Below are positions 1-10,157 of a stretch of DNA of 64,000 nt, in pieces. The notes under the pieces are model-generated. The model saw nothing but the letters and a program-made list of their open reading frames with translations. It did not search any database and had not been told where the DNA came from. Source of the stretch: Clostridiaceae bacterium (lineage in GTDB: Bacteria; Bacillota; Clostridia; DUPQ01); NCBI GenBank assembly GCA_012729955.1, contig JAAYBX010000020.1, positions 88,414 to 152,413 of the forward strand, in the 5' to 3' direction. Position numbers and translations under genes: made by a program. Every line of letters starts with the position of its first letter. Position 1 is the first letter of the stretch.

Positions 1-738
1 CTTTATTGCTTCCATTGCAGCTTGCTCACATTTGTCTTCTCCTGTTCCTCTGCCGATACCCATATGCGCGATTCCTGCATCGGTCATTACCGTTTTAACA
101 TCAGCAAAATCAAGATTAATGAGTCCAGGTACTGCAATAAGATCTGATATACTTTGTACACCTTTAAAAAGGACATTATCAGCAGTGCTGAATGCTTCCA
201 TTATTGTTATCTTCTTATCCGAAATTTGCAACAACCTGTCATTGGGTACGACAATCAATGTATCAACTACTGATTTTAATCTGGATAGACCTTTTTCAGC
301 ATTTTCTTTTCTTTTCCTGCCCTCAAAAGTAAAGGGTTTCGTTACAATACAGACAGTAAGTATGCCAAGTTGTCTTGCTTCCTGAGCAATAATCGGAACG
401 GCTCCGGTTCCAGTGCCTCCGCCCATTCCAGCTGTTATGAATATCATATCAGCACCTTTAATATGCTCAATTATAATGTCTTTGGATTCTTCTGCGCTTC
501 TTTCTCCTATTTCAGGAATAGAACCTGCTCCTAATCCTTTTGTCAGTTTTTCACCTATCTGAATTTTTGTAGTAGCCTTTGAATTCATCAAGGCCTGTTT
601 ATCAGTATTTATTGAAATAAATTCGACACCTTTTAATCCTGAAACAATCATCCTATCAATTGCGTTGTTGCCAGCGCCGCCTACACCTATAACTTTTATC
701 TGAGCGAATTGCTCCATCTCCATTTCGAATTGAAGCAT
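1..738 (-). CDS. ftsZ: Cell division protein FtsZ (partial; C-terminus lies beyond window start)
   Basis: Own minus-strand translation from ATG at 736-738: [30 protein letters not shown]...[16 protein letters not shown] (FtsZ/tubulin GGGTGTG signature). SD GGGGAG lies upstream. Absent from the ORF track because it runs off the window edge. Confidence 0.95.
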   Translation of the reverse strand, partial: MLQFEMEMEQFAQIKVIGVGGAGNNAIDRMIVSGLKGVEFISINTDKQALMNSKATTKIQIGEKLTKGLGAGSIPEIGERSAEESKDIIIEHIKGADMIFITAGMGGGTGTGAVPIIAQEARQLGILTVCIVTKPFTFEGRKRKENAEKGLSRLKSVVDTLIVVPNDRLLQISDKKITIMEAFSTADNVLFKGVQSISDLIAVPGLINLDFADVKTVMTDAGIAHMGIGRGTGEDKCEQAAMEAIK

Positions 739-788
739 AATTACTCCCCTTTCTTGTAAGAAAATTCTACTTTCCAATAATTAACAAC

Positions 789-809
789 ATTATACCAAAT
801 ATTATACCA
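789..809 (-). promoter_or_regulatory. Candidate tandem extended -10 promoter boxes upstream of ftsZ
   Basis: Two copies of TGGTATAAT on the minus strand (plus-strand ATTATACCA at 789-797 and 801-809), 50-70 nt upstream of the ftsZ ATG. Sequence match only. Confidence 0.4.
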
Positions 810-846
810 TCTTGTATATACATAATAAAAAACTTTTTTATTTAGA

Positions 847-1605
847 TTACTCTGCTGCTGGATTAAAAAATGGAGTACTAGAAATTGTAAAGTCAATATA
901 ACCTTTATCATTCTGATCTATGTTAGTTAATATGGAACACATAACATTTGCATTATATTTCACATCTTTTGTCATATCCATTAAGATTTCCAATCTATTA
1001 TCGTATCTTATTACTGCTCTGTTATTATCCAGAATTTCTATTTCGTCAATCAATGCTCTTATCGCTGTATAATTAGCCAAATCATATTTTTCTATCTCTT
1101 TGCACAAGACAGATATGTCTTTTAACATGTAATTACATGTTAGAATATTCTGTCCGAAGTAAAAGAAATCCAGATTCACACCTTTAATCATTATAGATTT
1201 TTCATTTTTAACTGATGATGTATCTATTAAAGTACCATCATAATCAAAATAAATCATATAGTCACTTTGCTGTATGCACATAATCGGCACTCTGGAAAGA
1301 CAATTGATTAAGAGATCGTTTTTACCTGACCTTTTAATACTTATATCCCTGATGTTAACATCATTTAATATCTCTTCTTCTACTTTCACAAGATGCCCGC
1401 TCAAAATATTTCCTTCTGATAACAAAAGCAGATTTAAGTTCTCACCTATTTCTATATCATATTTCTCGAGTATGCTAATCTTACACATATCATCTTTTTC
1501 GATTACAACATTTTTCAGATCAAAATATGATGAGAATAGAAATGTCACTGTACATGATACTAAAAATAATATTATTAAGATGATTTTAATTCTGTTTGCT
1601 TTCAT
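847..1605 (-). CDS. FtsQ/DivIB-like cell division protein (N-terminal TM helix plus POTRA-like region)
   Basis: 252-aa ORF with a single N-terminal hydrophobic helix (IILIILFLVSCTVTFLF), directly upstream of ftsZ. The POTRA-like pattern is judged by eye only. Confidence 0.55.
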   Translation of the reverse strand: MKANRIKIILIILFLVSCTVTFLFSSYFDLKNVVIEKDDMCKISILEKYDIEIGENLNLLLLSEGNILSGHLVKVEEEILNDVNIRDISIKRSGKNDLLINCLSRVPIMCIQQSDYMIYFDYDGTLIDTSSVKNEKSIMIKGVNLDFFYFGQNILTCNYMLKDISVLCKEIEKYDLANYTAIRALIDEIEILDNNRAVIRYDNRLEILMDMTKDVKYNANVMCSILTNIDQNDKGYIDFTISSTPFFNPAAE

Positions 1606-1624
1606 GTTTGAATTATATCATATG

Positions 1625-2011
1625 TTATCTGAAGGTCACATTTTTATTGAATAAGTACTGTAATATTCCAGCTATAGCTACCGATATTGCTTTTGAGATA
1701 AATTTATATACTCCAATATTCTCATACAAAAAGACAAAAATTGAAGATCCGACAAGCAACCCAATCAAGCATACTGATGCAAAATAAATGAACTTAATCC
1801 CAATCCTGTCTGTCTTTTTGAAATTATATCTGGAATTAAGAAAAAAACTCAAAGATATTCCCGCTGAAACCGAAATGCAATTTGAAAGGATATAATTAAT
1901 ACTCATTAAATCCGACAAAATATACAATACTGTTATATCCAGAATAGTCGCTATTGTCCCAATAACAATATATGTAAGGAATATCTTGTGCTTTTTAAAT
2001 AAATCAAGCAT
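1625..2011 (-). CDS. GtrA-family membrane protein
   Basis: 128 aa with four hydrophobic segments. The N-terminal IVIGTIATILDITVLYIL and C-terminal FLFNKNVTFR match the GtrA-like family pattern. Confidence 0.8.
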   Translation of the reverse strand: MLDLFKKHKIFLTYIVIGTIATILDITVLYILSDLMSINYILSNCISVSAGISLSFFLNSRYNFKKTDRIGIKFIYFASVCLIGLLVGSSIFVFLYENIGVYKFISKAISVAIAGILQYLFNKNVTFR

Positions 2012-2918
2012 TTAAAAAATACTTAGCAGTCTCTTTCAGACCCTCGTTCAGATCATATTCAGGAAGCCAGGACAAAAGCTCGTTTATTCCTGTATTTTTA
2101 AGATAACTGTCTTTTATATCTCCTTTTCTAGGCTCTGTAAATATAGCCTTCTTTTCGTATCCAACCTGATTTTTCATAATATCAAATAAAGAAATAATAT
2201 CTGTATATACATTAGTAGATACATTGGCAGTAAAGTTGGTACTGCATTCGAGAGCTTTCACATTTGCTGATGCAATATCTTTGACATATATGAAATCTCT
2301 TGTCTGTTTTCCATCACCATGTATATAACAATCTTTTTTTCCAACCATCCGGTTCATAAAAACAGCTACTACTCCGCCTTCTCCTTCCGCCTTCTGTCTT
2401 GGGCCATAAACATTCGCATATCTTAATATACCGTATGTCATATCATTGTTTTCTGCAAAAATCCTTATGCATTGTTCTGAAGTAAGCTTTGATAATCCAT
2501 AGAAGGATAACGGATTTTTCGGATGCTCTTCATCTATAGGGAGATATACAGGATTACCGTAAATTGCAGCACTGCTTGCAAAAACAAATCTTTTTACCTT
2601 ATATTTTGAACAAGCTTGTAAAAGATTAATAATTCCTATTATATTTGTATTAACATCAAATAATGGATTTTCCATGGATACCGCAACAGAAATCTGAGCC
2701 GCGTGGTGGCAGACTGCATCTATAGGGAATCTGTTAAAAATGGCTTCTATATCATCACGATTAGTTATATCCCCTTTTATAAACTCTGTCTTACTGTTCA
2801 GATTTTTCAGATTACCTGAACTTAAGTTATCCATCACTACTACTTTATGCTTTTTGTCAATTAAAGCATCAGTTATGTGTGAACCTATAAAACCGCATCC
2901 ACCTGTTACAAGGATCAT
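2004..2918 (-). CDS. NAD-dependent sugar epimerase/dehydratase (UDP-glucose 4-epimerase-like)
   Basis: MILVTGGCGFIGSH Rossmann motif and YGLSK (YxxxK) catalytic motif. 304 aa. Confidence 0.8.
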   Translation of the reverse strand: MILVTGGCGFIGSHITDALIDKKHKVVVMDNLSSGNLKNLNSKTEFIKGDITNRDDIEAIFNRFPIDAVCHHAAQISVAVSMENPLFDVNTNIIGIINLLQACSKYKVKRFVFASSAAIYGNPVYLPIDEEHPKNPLSFYGLSKLTSEQCIRIFAENNDMTYGILRYANVYGPRQKAEGEGGVVAVFMNRMVGKKDCYIHGDGKQTRDFIYVKDIASANVKALECSTNFTANVSTNVYTDIISLFDIMKNQVGYEKKAIFTEPRKGDIKDSYLKNTGINELLSWLPEYDLNEGLKETAKYFLNA

Positions 2919-2920
2919 AA

Positions 2921-4327
2921 TTATATACCTAAAAACCCTTTCATCCTATTACATACATCGAAAGCTTGTTTTTCGTCAGGCATTTCAGCAAAAACTCTCA
3001 GCAAAGGTTCCGTACCGGAAAATCTTGCAACCAGCCATCCTCCATTTTTGAAATATACCTTTAAACCGTCTTCATAACTTAACTTATCAATCTGGATGGA
3101 AAAATCTGGAATCAGTTTAGCTGTGTATAGAATATTAGTAAGTCTGTTTTTATCTTCAGGATCAAATGTATAAGAGTTTTCTATCATTACCCTGTATCCA
3201 TATTTGTTATAAATTTCTTTTAGAATCACCGACAGGCATTTTTTCGTTACTGCCATCATCTCAATCAGTAAGGAAGCAGCAAAAATACCATCTTTACCGG
3301 ATATATGCCCTCGAACCGTCAACCCTCCGCTTGACTCACCGCCCAAAACCGCATTTGTCTGATCAATCTTTGCGCTTATATGCTTGAAACCGACACGTAC
3401 TTCATGACATTTATACCCGAAATCCTTTGCCATATCATCTAGCACATGGGTTGTAGCTATGTTGCGTACAACATCCCCTTTCCATCCTTTGAACTTTACC
3501 AGATAATAATAAAGTAGCATCATTATCTCATTTGGGTGAATAAATCTGCCTTTATCATCAATTACCCCTAATCTGTCTGCGTCACCATCAGTACCCAGTC
3601 CAATATCATAGCCATCCTCAACAACCATCGCTGAAAGCTTCCCTAAGGTTGCAGCGCTTGGAGAAGGTAGTTTGCCACCGAATAAAGTATCGTGCCTGTC
3701 ATTGATTACATCGACATCACATCTCAAAGTAAGCAATATTGTCTGTAATGATGTTTTCGATACTCCATACATTGGATCTAGCAGTACCTTAAGCCTTGCC
3801 TTCATAATTGCTGGTTTGTCCAAAAAACTCATTATCCCATCAATATAATCATTGAATGGATCGATTATTGTCAGTAAATCCGTTTTAATAGCTTTTTCAA
3901 AAGGTATGGTATTAATTTGTTTTATATTCTTTATATATTTCTCAATTTCATCAGTCACTTCCATTGATGCATCCCTGCCACCTTCTGTAAAAAGCTTGAT
4001 ACCGTTATATAAAGCTGGATTATGGCTTGCTGTTACTGCAATTCCATAATATGATTTTTCCTGTTTTACCTGAAACATAATCAATGGTGTAGGTGAATTC
4101 CTATATATGAAATGGACTTTAATTGAGTTACCGCAGAAAACTTCTGCTGCCCATTTAGCTCCTTCTTCTGATAAGAACCTTCTGTCATACCCAATTATTA
4201 CCGGTTTGTCTTGTTTTGATGAAGCTGTAATATTGTCACATAATCCCTGCACTAATAACTGTATATTTGATTTGGTAAATTCATCTCCAATAATAGCTCT
4301 CCATCCTCCAGTTCCAAACTTAATCAT
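2921..4327 (-). CDS. Phosphoglucomutase/phosphomannomutase family protein
   Basis: TASHNP phosphoserine loop and GTDGDADR metal-binding loop. 468 aa. Confidence 0.85.
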   Translation of the reverse strand: MIKFGTGGWRAIIGDEFTKSNIQLLVQGLCDNITASSKQDKPVIIGYDRRFLSEEGAKWAAEVFCGNSIKVHFIYRNSPTPLIMFQVKQEKSYYGIAVTASHNPALYNGIKLFTEGGRDASMEVTDEIEKYIKNIKQINTIPFEKAIKTDLLTIIDPFNDYIDGIMSFLDKPAIMKARLKVLLDPMYGVSKTSLQTILLTLRCDVDVINDRHDTLFGGKLPSPSAATLGKLSAMVVEDGYDIGLGTDGDADRLGVIDDKGRFIHPNEIMMLLYYYLVKFKGWKGDVVRNIATTHVLDDMAKDFGYKCHEVRVGFKHISAKIDQTNAVLGGESSGGLTVRGHISGKDGIFAASLLIEMMAVTKKCLSVILKEIYNKYGYRVMIENSYTFDPEDKNRLTNILYTAKLIPDFSIQIDKLSYEDGLKVYFKNGGWLVARFSGTEPLLRVFAEMPDEKQAFDVCNRMKGFLGI

Positions 4328-5075
4328 TATTACCTCTTGTTTTCATTATTTCTTCTACCCTTTTTAAATCATCCATTGTATTAACTCCAAAAACTTCTTC
4401 CTGGTTCTGAATACTGCATATTATTACCTTCTCTCCCTCTTCTTTTAATAGGGTTGGAAGATCTGTGAGATAATATTCATTCTGAGCATTCCTGTTGGTC
4501 ATTCGGTTTAGAATCCAGTTAAGTTTTCTCCCGTTAAACAGCATAACTCCGAAAAATACTTCGTTTATCTTTTTCTGCTCATCATTGCAATCAGGTTCTT
4601 CTATAATTCTTACATATGCCTTCTTACTGTCACGCAACACTCTGCCATATGGCAATGATACATCTTTTAGCAGCACTGAGAGCATGACGCATGCCGCAGG
4701 ATTGTTATTCTTAATACTATCATTATATGCCTTAAAAACCTTCTTATATGTTTTTGCAGTTAGTAGAGGCATGTCTCCGAATGTAACAAGTACAGGCCCG
4801 TCATATGTAGAAAAAAATTCACTTGCACATTTTACTGCATGGCCTGTACCCAACTGTTCTTCCTGCACTGCATATGAGTACTTATTTCCAAGATGATCAT
4901 AAACCTGTTCCTTTTTATATCCGACAACAAGAATAATCTCATCAACAAATGAAAGTTCCTTAACGACATAATCAATCATAGGTCTGCCATTGACAATCCT
5001 CATTGCTTTAGGCGTACCCTCTTTCTCTGAACCGATTCTTTTACCTTTACCAGCAGCTAATACCACAGCTTTCAT
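4320..5075 (-). CDS. Sugar-phosphate nucleotidyltransferase
   Basis: MKAVVLAAGKGKRIGS (LAAGxGxR NTP-transferase motif). I prefer the start at M13 (ATG ending 5075), which is preceded by GGGGGTGGA, over the longer ORF-track start at 5111. Confidence 0.75.
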   Translation of the reverse strand: MKAVVLAAGKGKRIGSEKEGTPKAMRIVNGRPMIDYVVKELSFVDEIILVVGYKKEQVYDHLGNKYSYAVQEEQLGTGHAVKCASEFFSTYDGPVLVTFGDMPLLTAKTYKKVFKAYNDSIKNNNPAACVMLSVLLKDVSLPYGRVLRDSKKAYVRIIEEPDCNDEQKKINEVFFGVMLFNGRKLNWILNRMTNRNAQNEYYLTDLPTLLKEEGEKVIICSIQNQEEVFGVNTMDDLKRVEEIMKTRGNND

Positions 5076-5086
5076 ATATCCACCCC

Positions 5087-6949
5087 CTAAAATACAGGAT
5101 AAACTTTCCATATTCCATTTTCCAGTACAGCTTTAAAAACAACAGTACTGTATATCTCATTCGTATCTTCTCCTTTAGTATACTTCAAAGTAACAGATAC
5201 ATCAGCAATTTTTCCTGCTTCATCAGTAATTGTATAAGAATTTATTGTGTACCCTAGAATTTTCGTTGACTTTATAATTGGAAAAGTATTTTCCAGCCAT
5301 TCATCATAATCTGCAACTCTTGCATCAAGCGGAGTTAGTACAAAAAGCATATACTGGTTTAAAATACTTGTATTGCTTAGAACTGACAGGTACTCCTTTG
5401 CAGCTGTTGCTGGTGTTCTTCCGATTGGGTCTTTATCCCCATCTTTCAACGGGTACTTGTCCTGGTCCTGAGGAAAAATGTATTTAACCGGATCATAGCT
5501 CACTCCATTATTCCAGAACATATATGAAAATGATCCAAGTTCCCTTAAAGCTCTGACCTGTCCATATACCTGCTCATATCCGTAATAATAAATTGAATCA
5601 GCAGGATAAAGATATTTTGCAGTAAAGTCCTGTACCCATAGCCTGACTTTCGCATTACCTTCAAAAGCTGCATTTTTCTCAATTGAATCTTTCATTGCAC
5701 CAAGTACCATCCCATATGGATTCATATCCGGATATTCAAAACCATACCATCCGGTTGTGTAATGGCTTGGATAAATCATTGGGCATATATAATCCACAAC
5801 TGTGGTTATCCTGTACTAGTTTTGTCCGATTCTCAAACAATCATCTGAATCCCACTGCCTGGCAACAAGGCCGAATATGTCAGCGCTTACATTTACATTG
5901 TATGGTTTTAACGCTTCATAAGCATCCTTTAAAAATCCATGTATTATTTCATCTGACCTGATGTCTCCATGTATCTGCATGTACTGCTGATAATATGTTC
6001 CCCATTTACGTCCTTCTGGAAATCTTACATAATCAAAATTAATTTCATCAAAACCTGCAAGTGCAGCCTCTTTTGCTGCAGCTATATTATAGTTCTGGAC
6101 CCACTCATCATATGCATCTACCCATGCTGAACGATTATCATCTAGCCATATGCTTCCATCTGGATTTTTTATTGCATGCTGATATTCATTAAACTTAGCT
6201 AGGGTGTCATCCTGGAATGAAGTAACTCTGCCTATTGTATAAATACCATAATTCTTGAATGTATCAAGTAGAAATTTAATATCATTGAACCGTGGAGGTT
6301 CTGACTGAATCTGAGTTATACATTCTGCTTGCATAGGTATAGTAATAGCGCCATCCCCGCTCTTAATATTTAAAACCACAGCATTCATCTCTGTACCCAG
6401 AATCGTACCGATTATTTTCTCTAATGTGGTAAGGCTATTTTCCAAATATTTCAATTCATTTATTTTAGATGTTTCATTTGCGGTCAATGCCTCAACATAT
6501 GTTTTATATAATTGTATGTTTGCATCTTCGCAACGCACAAGCCTCCAGTCTGGTTGTCCGGTTATTCCATAATTCTTTGTAAGTACTGAATCAACCAAAT
6601 ACATCGCTCTTATATTATCACCATCAGGTTTTTCTCCTGTTTCTCCCAATGGCTTCAATGGCACATAAAACTCCTTATCCTGTTCTTTCCTCTGTAATTC
6701 CAATTGTTCTCTTTCCAGCCTGGCCATTTCTTCCGGATCTGTTGTCTGTGTCGGTTCGGGAGATATGCTTTGTGTAGGCTGATCAGAAGGTGTCGGATTA
6801 TTCTGTTCTGTCTGTGTAGGCTGAACTGAATCTGTAGGTTCTGAGGTAACAGTCTGTTCAGGTTTCTGGCACGCAGTCATCAATAGCATGATTGCGATTA
6901 CCAGTAGGATTGTTATACATGTCTTTCTCATTCGTTTCTCCATTTTCAC
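5087..6949 (-). pseudogene. Putative glycoside-hydrolase lipoprotein (DUF4015-like TIM barrel) interrupted by one in-frame TAG at 5816-5818
   Basis: ORFs 5816-6949 and 5087-5797 are in the same frame. Own reading across the junction gives ...DSDDCLRIGQN-TAG-YRITTVVDYICPMIYPSHY. The N-terminus has a lipobox (LLMTAC) and a PT/Q-rich linker. The D-Y-I-x-P-M-x-Y-P-S-H block falls after the stop. Confidence 0.6.
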
Positions 6950-7043
6950 TATTTTTCTTTTGCGTACATGCTTATAAGGCAGTATAATTATTGCTTATTA
7001 TATTACTTTTCTCATTATTAAGTAAAGCATTTACAATGCTTTT

Positions 7044-7463
7044 CTATTTGGACTTGAGGTTATTTTTTGCCTTTCCTAGAATAGTCTCTATCTTTTCTAA
7101 ATCATCTTCAGAAAATCTTTTATTGAATGAACGGATCAAAGAAGCGCTTAAAGGAACCTTATTTAAATATTCATTAAGACCAATAAAATATTGCAGATAA
7201 GGATTTTCATTTATTTCATCTATTATCCTTAATTCTGTAAAATTATACTCATTTTTTAGAATATATGCGCCTAAGACCATTCGTAACGGCTTTGCTGGAG
7301 CGCCTCGTCTGCTAAATTTGCTGGCATAAATCCTTTCTATTTCATCCCAAGGAATAATATCAGCATATCTAACCCATCTGTTGTCTTTGTTGAGTATGCC
7401 GCCAAATGGCGTTATAAAGGAATAAATATTAATCTGGCCTGCCTGCTTTTTATACATTTTCAA
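7044..7463 (-). mobile_element. IS5/IS1182-superfamily transposase, N-terminal (DUF772-type) fragment only
   Basis: 139 aa containing GAPAKPLRMVLGAYILK...NPYLQYFIGL...SLIRSFNKRF, typical of the InsH-type N-terminal domain. No DDE catalytic region follows. The start overlaps the stop of the upstream glycosyltransferase gene. Confidence 0.7.
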
Positions 7464-8520
7464 ATACCTGTATGTACTTTCTGCTTATACTGTCCAAACT
7501 GTAATAATCTAAAATCCTTTCAGCTCTGTTCTCAAGGTATTCCATATCCTTCTCAGTGTTTAATACAGCAAGCATTTTATTGGCTACCTCTGTTTCATCA
7601 TCATCATATTCAAGGTCAGCATCAAACTCCACATTTTCCAATTCACTGATAGATGGTATTGGAGTACTGACAACAGGAGCACTAAAAACCATAGCTTCCA
7701 AAGGAGCCAAGCCGAATCCTTCATATGATGAAGTATTTATGAATAAATCCGCATTTTTATAATATCCGAAGAGAATTTCCCTGCTCACTCTTCCAGTTAT
7801 AATAATTCTATTAGCAAGGTTGTTTTCAACTATATATCTGTATATCTCTCCCTTTTCCGATATGTCCCCAACCAGTACAAGATCGTGATCTATTATAGGA
7901 ATAAGCTTTTCAAACGCTTTTACAGCAAGTATTATATTCTTCTGAGGTTTATCGCTTCCTACTGCAACAAGATGCCTTTTTTTGAAAACCACATCAACAC
8001 TTTTGGTCATCTGTGCTAACGGATTAGGTATAGTTATTATTTTTGACGGGTCAAGACCCTTTTTATTTGTAAGTTCATCTTTTACAAAATCTGAAACGGC
8101 TACTACTTTAGCTACTCTCTTCAACATTCTTGGCCTTAATTTATCCAATACAAAGAAATCCTCACCTTTGATTAATCCGTGTGAGGTAATAACGATTTTT
8201 GTTTTTAGCCTAAAATTCATATACTGCTCAACCTGCGGATAATACATTACATCAACAGATGATTTTTTGATGAACCAAGGTAGAAATTTGTTATAGAAAA
8301 GTATACCTTTTGCAGTAGCTATCACGTTAAACAGCGGGTACCTGTCTCTTAAGCCTTCTGCATTATCTTCATTAGCAAATATGATAAAATTATATCCATT
8401 CATATTGCTGTATAGACCTTCGATAATACTTAAAGCTGCTATCTCGTTTCCAACAGCTTTTTTATAATCCTTAATAAATGTCAGGTCAATGCCTATAGTA
8501 TAGGCCATAATCATCTCCAT
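7450..8520 (-). CDS. Glycosyltransferase family 4 (GT-B fold)
   Basis: C-terminal SSYEGFGLAPLEAM motif (E-x7-E region). 356 aa. Confidence 0.8.
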   Translation of the reverse strand: MEMIMAYTIGIDLTFIKDYKKAVGNEIAALSIIEGLYSNMNGYNFIIFANEDNAEGLRDRYPLFNVIATAKGILFYNKFLPWFIKKSSVDVMYYPQVEQYMNFRLKTKIVITSHGLIKGEDFFVLDKLRPRMLKRVAKVVAVSDFVKDELTNKKGLDPSKIITIPNPLAQMTKSVDVVFKKRHLVAVGSDKPQKNIILAVKAFEKLIPIIDHDLVLVGDISEKGEIYRYIVENNLANRIIITGRVSREILFGYYKNADLFINTSSYEGFGLAPLEAMVFSAPVVSTPIPSISELENVEFDADLEYDDDETEVANKMLAVLNTEKDMEYLENRAERILDYYSLDSISRKYIQVFENV

Positions 8521-8612
8521 AAAACATCTAAAATTAAATCAAGCCAATTATATATTAAATATATAATTTATGCAATTAAATAATATGCTGTAACCATGTA
8601 AATACAATTAAT

Positions 8613-10145
8613 TTACAGTAATAATTCCCGTAATTTCTTGTATTCATTCTTTAAAATCGGATAAAGGGATTTATATATTGAGTAGTACTTATTATACTCA
8701 TTTGCATTCGTTTTATTGTATTCTTGCATATTTTTAGTTGTAATTACAAGCTCACAGGCTTCATTAACTGACCTGAATGTTCCACAAGCTACTCCTCCTA
8801 ATATCGCTGCACCTAAAGCAGGTCCTTCAGAATTATGAACAGTTGCGATATCGCTTTCAAAAACATCAGCTTGTATGGATTTCCATAATGAGCTCTTAGC
8901 TCCTCCTCCGGAAACCCTTACCTGGTTAACTTCAATCCCCATATCTTCCCTTAAAATGCTTATACTGTCTTTAAGCGAATATGCTACACCTTCTAGTATT
9001 GACCTGATGAAATGAGCTTTGGTATGAGAAGGGGTAATGCCAAAAAACAAACCTGAACATAATGGATCAAGATGAGGTGATCTTTCTCCCATAAGATACG
9101 GCAGGAAAAGCAGTCCGCCAGCTCCTATTCCGGTTTTTTCAGCCATTTCATCCATTATCATATAAGGATCTGCATTTTTCGTTCCGGCAATGTCAATTTC
9201 TTCTTTGCAGAAATTATCTCTAAACCATTTTAGTGATAGTCCAGCTGCCTGCGTAACTCCCATAACATGATAACATCCAGGAACTGCATGGCATAATGTA
9301 TGTATTCTGCCTAATTTATCAATATGCAGACTATCTGTATGTGCAAATACAACACCGCTTGTACCAATAGTTGATGATATTATGCCTTCTTTTACAATTC
9401 CATTCCCAACAGCTCCACAGGCTTGATCTCCCCCTCCTGCAGCAACAATAGTTCCTTCTTTCAGTGAGGTTAGGATTGATGCTTGCTTTGACACTTTTCC
9501 TGCAGGTTCAGCTGATTCATGCATATAACCAAGTAAAGAAATATCAATTTCAAGTTTATCCAATAATTCTTTAGAAAATTCTCTTTTTCTGATATTCATA
9601 AGCTGCATTCCTGAACCATCAGATACATCTGCACTAAACTCACCGGTAAGCATGTAAAGTATATAATCCTTTGGTAGCATGATTTTTCTAACTTTTTTAT
9701 ATATGTCCGGTCTGTTCTGCTTGACCCATAGAATTTTTGCTGCTGTAAATCCTGTAATAGCTGGATTTGCTGTTATGCTGATAAGTTTATCCCTTCCAAT
9801 CTTATCTTCAATAAACTGTGCCTGTTCTGAAGTTCTCTGATCGCACCATATTATTGAACGGCCTAAAAGCTGGTCTTTATCATCAAGCATGACTAGACCA
9901 TGCATCTGTCCGGAAATTCCAATACCTTTAATACTGCTGTTGTCAAAATTTGTGTCAGCAAGGATTTTCTTACAGGTAAAACACACAGCTTCCCACCAGT
10001 CAGACGGGTCTTGCTCTGCCCAACCAGGATTCGGCTGATACAGAGGATATTCATAAGATGCTGATGCTACAGTTTTCCCGTCTTGGCTGAATAAAACAGT
10101 TTTTGTTGCAGAAGTACCAATATCTATTCCCAATAAATAATTCAT
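8613..10145 (-). CDS. xylB: FGGY-family carbohydrate kinase, xylulokinase-like
   Basis: MNYLLGIDIGTSATKTVLF N-terminal ATPase motif and GGGAKS near the C-terminus. The start at MNYLL is preceded by GGAGG. Confidence 0.7.
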   Translation of the reverse strand: MNYLLGIDIGTSATKTVLFSQDGKTVASASYEYPLYQPNPGWAEQDPSDWWEAVCFTCKKILADTNFDNSSIKGIGISGQMHGLVMLDDKDQLLGRSIIWCDQRTSEQAQFIEDKIGRDKLISITANPAITGFTAAKILWVKQNRPDIYKKVRKIMLPKDYILYMLTGEFSADVSDGSGMQLMNIRKREFSKELLDKLEIDISLLGYMHESAEPAGKVSKQASILTSLKEGTIVAAGGGDQACGAVGNGIVKEGIISSTIGTSGVVFAHTDSLHIDKLGRIHTLCHAVPGCYHVMGVTQAAGLSLKWFRDNFCKEEIDIAGTKNADPYMIMDEMAEKTGIGAGGLLFLPYLMGERSPHLDPLCSGLFFGITPSHTKAHFIRSILEGVAYSLKDSISILREDMGIEVNQVRVSGGGAKSSLWKSIQADVFESDIATVHNSEGPALGAAILGGVACGTFRSVNEACELVITTKNMQEYNKTNANEYNKYYSIYKSLYPILKNEYKKLRELLL

Positions 10146-10157
10146 AAAGACCTCCAT

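Noticed and set aside
32-385. 117-aa plus-strand ORF at the left edge of the window
   Set aside because: It lies antisense to an unmistakable ftsZ reading frame (GGGTGTG signature, SD, ATG at 736-738). It has no SD and a low-complexity composition typical of shadow ORFs.
5816-5818. The in-frame TAG could be a pyrrolysine codon, given two MtaA/URO-D-like genes in the window
   Set aside because: TAG is used as an ordinary terminator by several genes here (tcdA at 10158, the SEC-C gene at 44914, the OppC-like gene at 61877, and the lipoprotein gene at 51477). No pyl genes or methylamine methyltransferases are in the window, and glycoside hydrolases are not known Pyl proteins. It is kept only as something to exclude.
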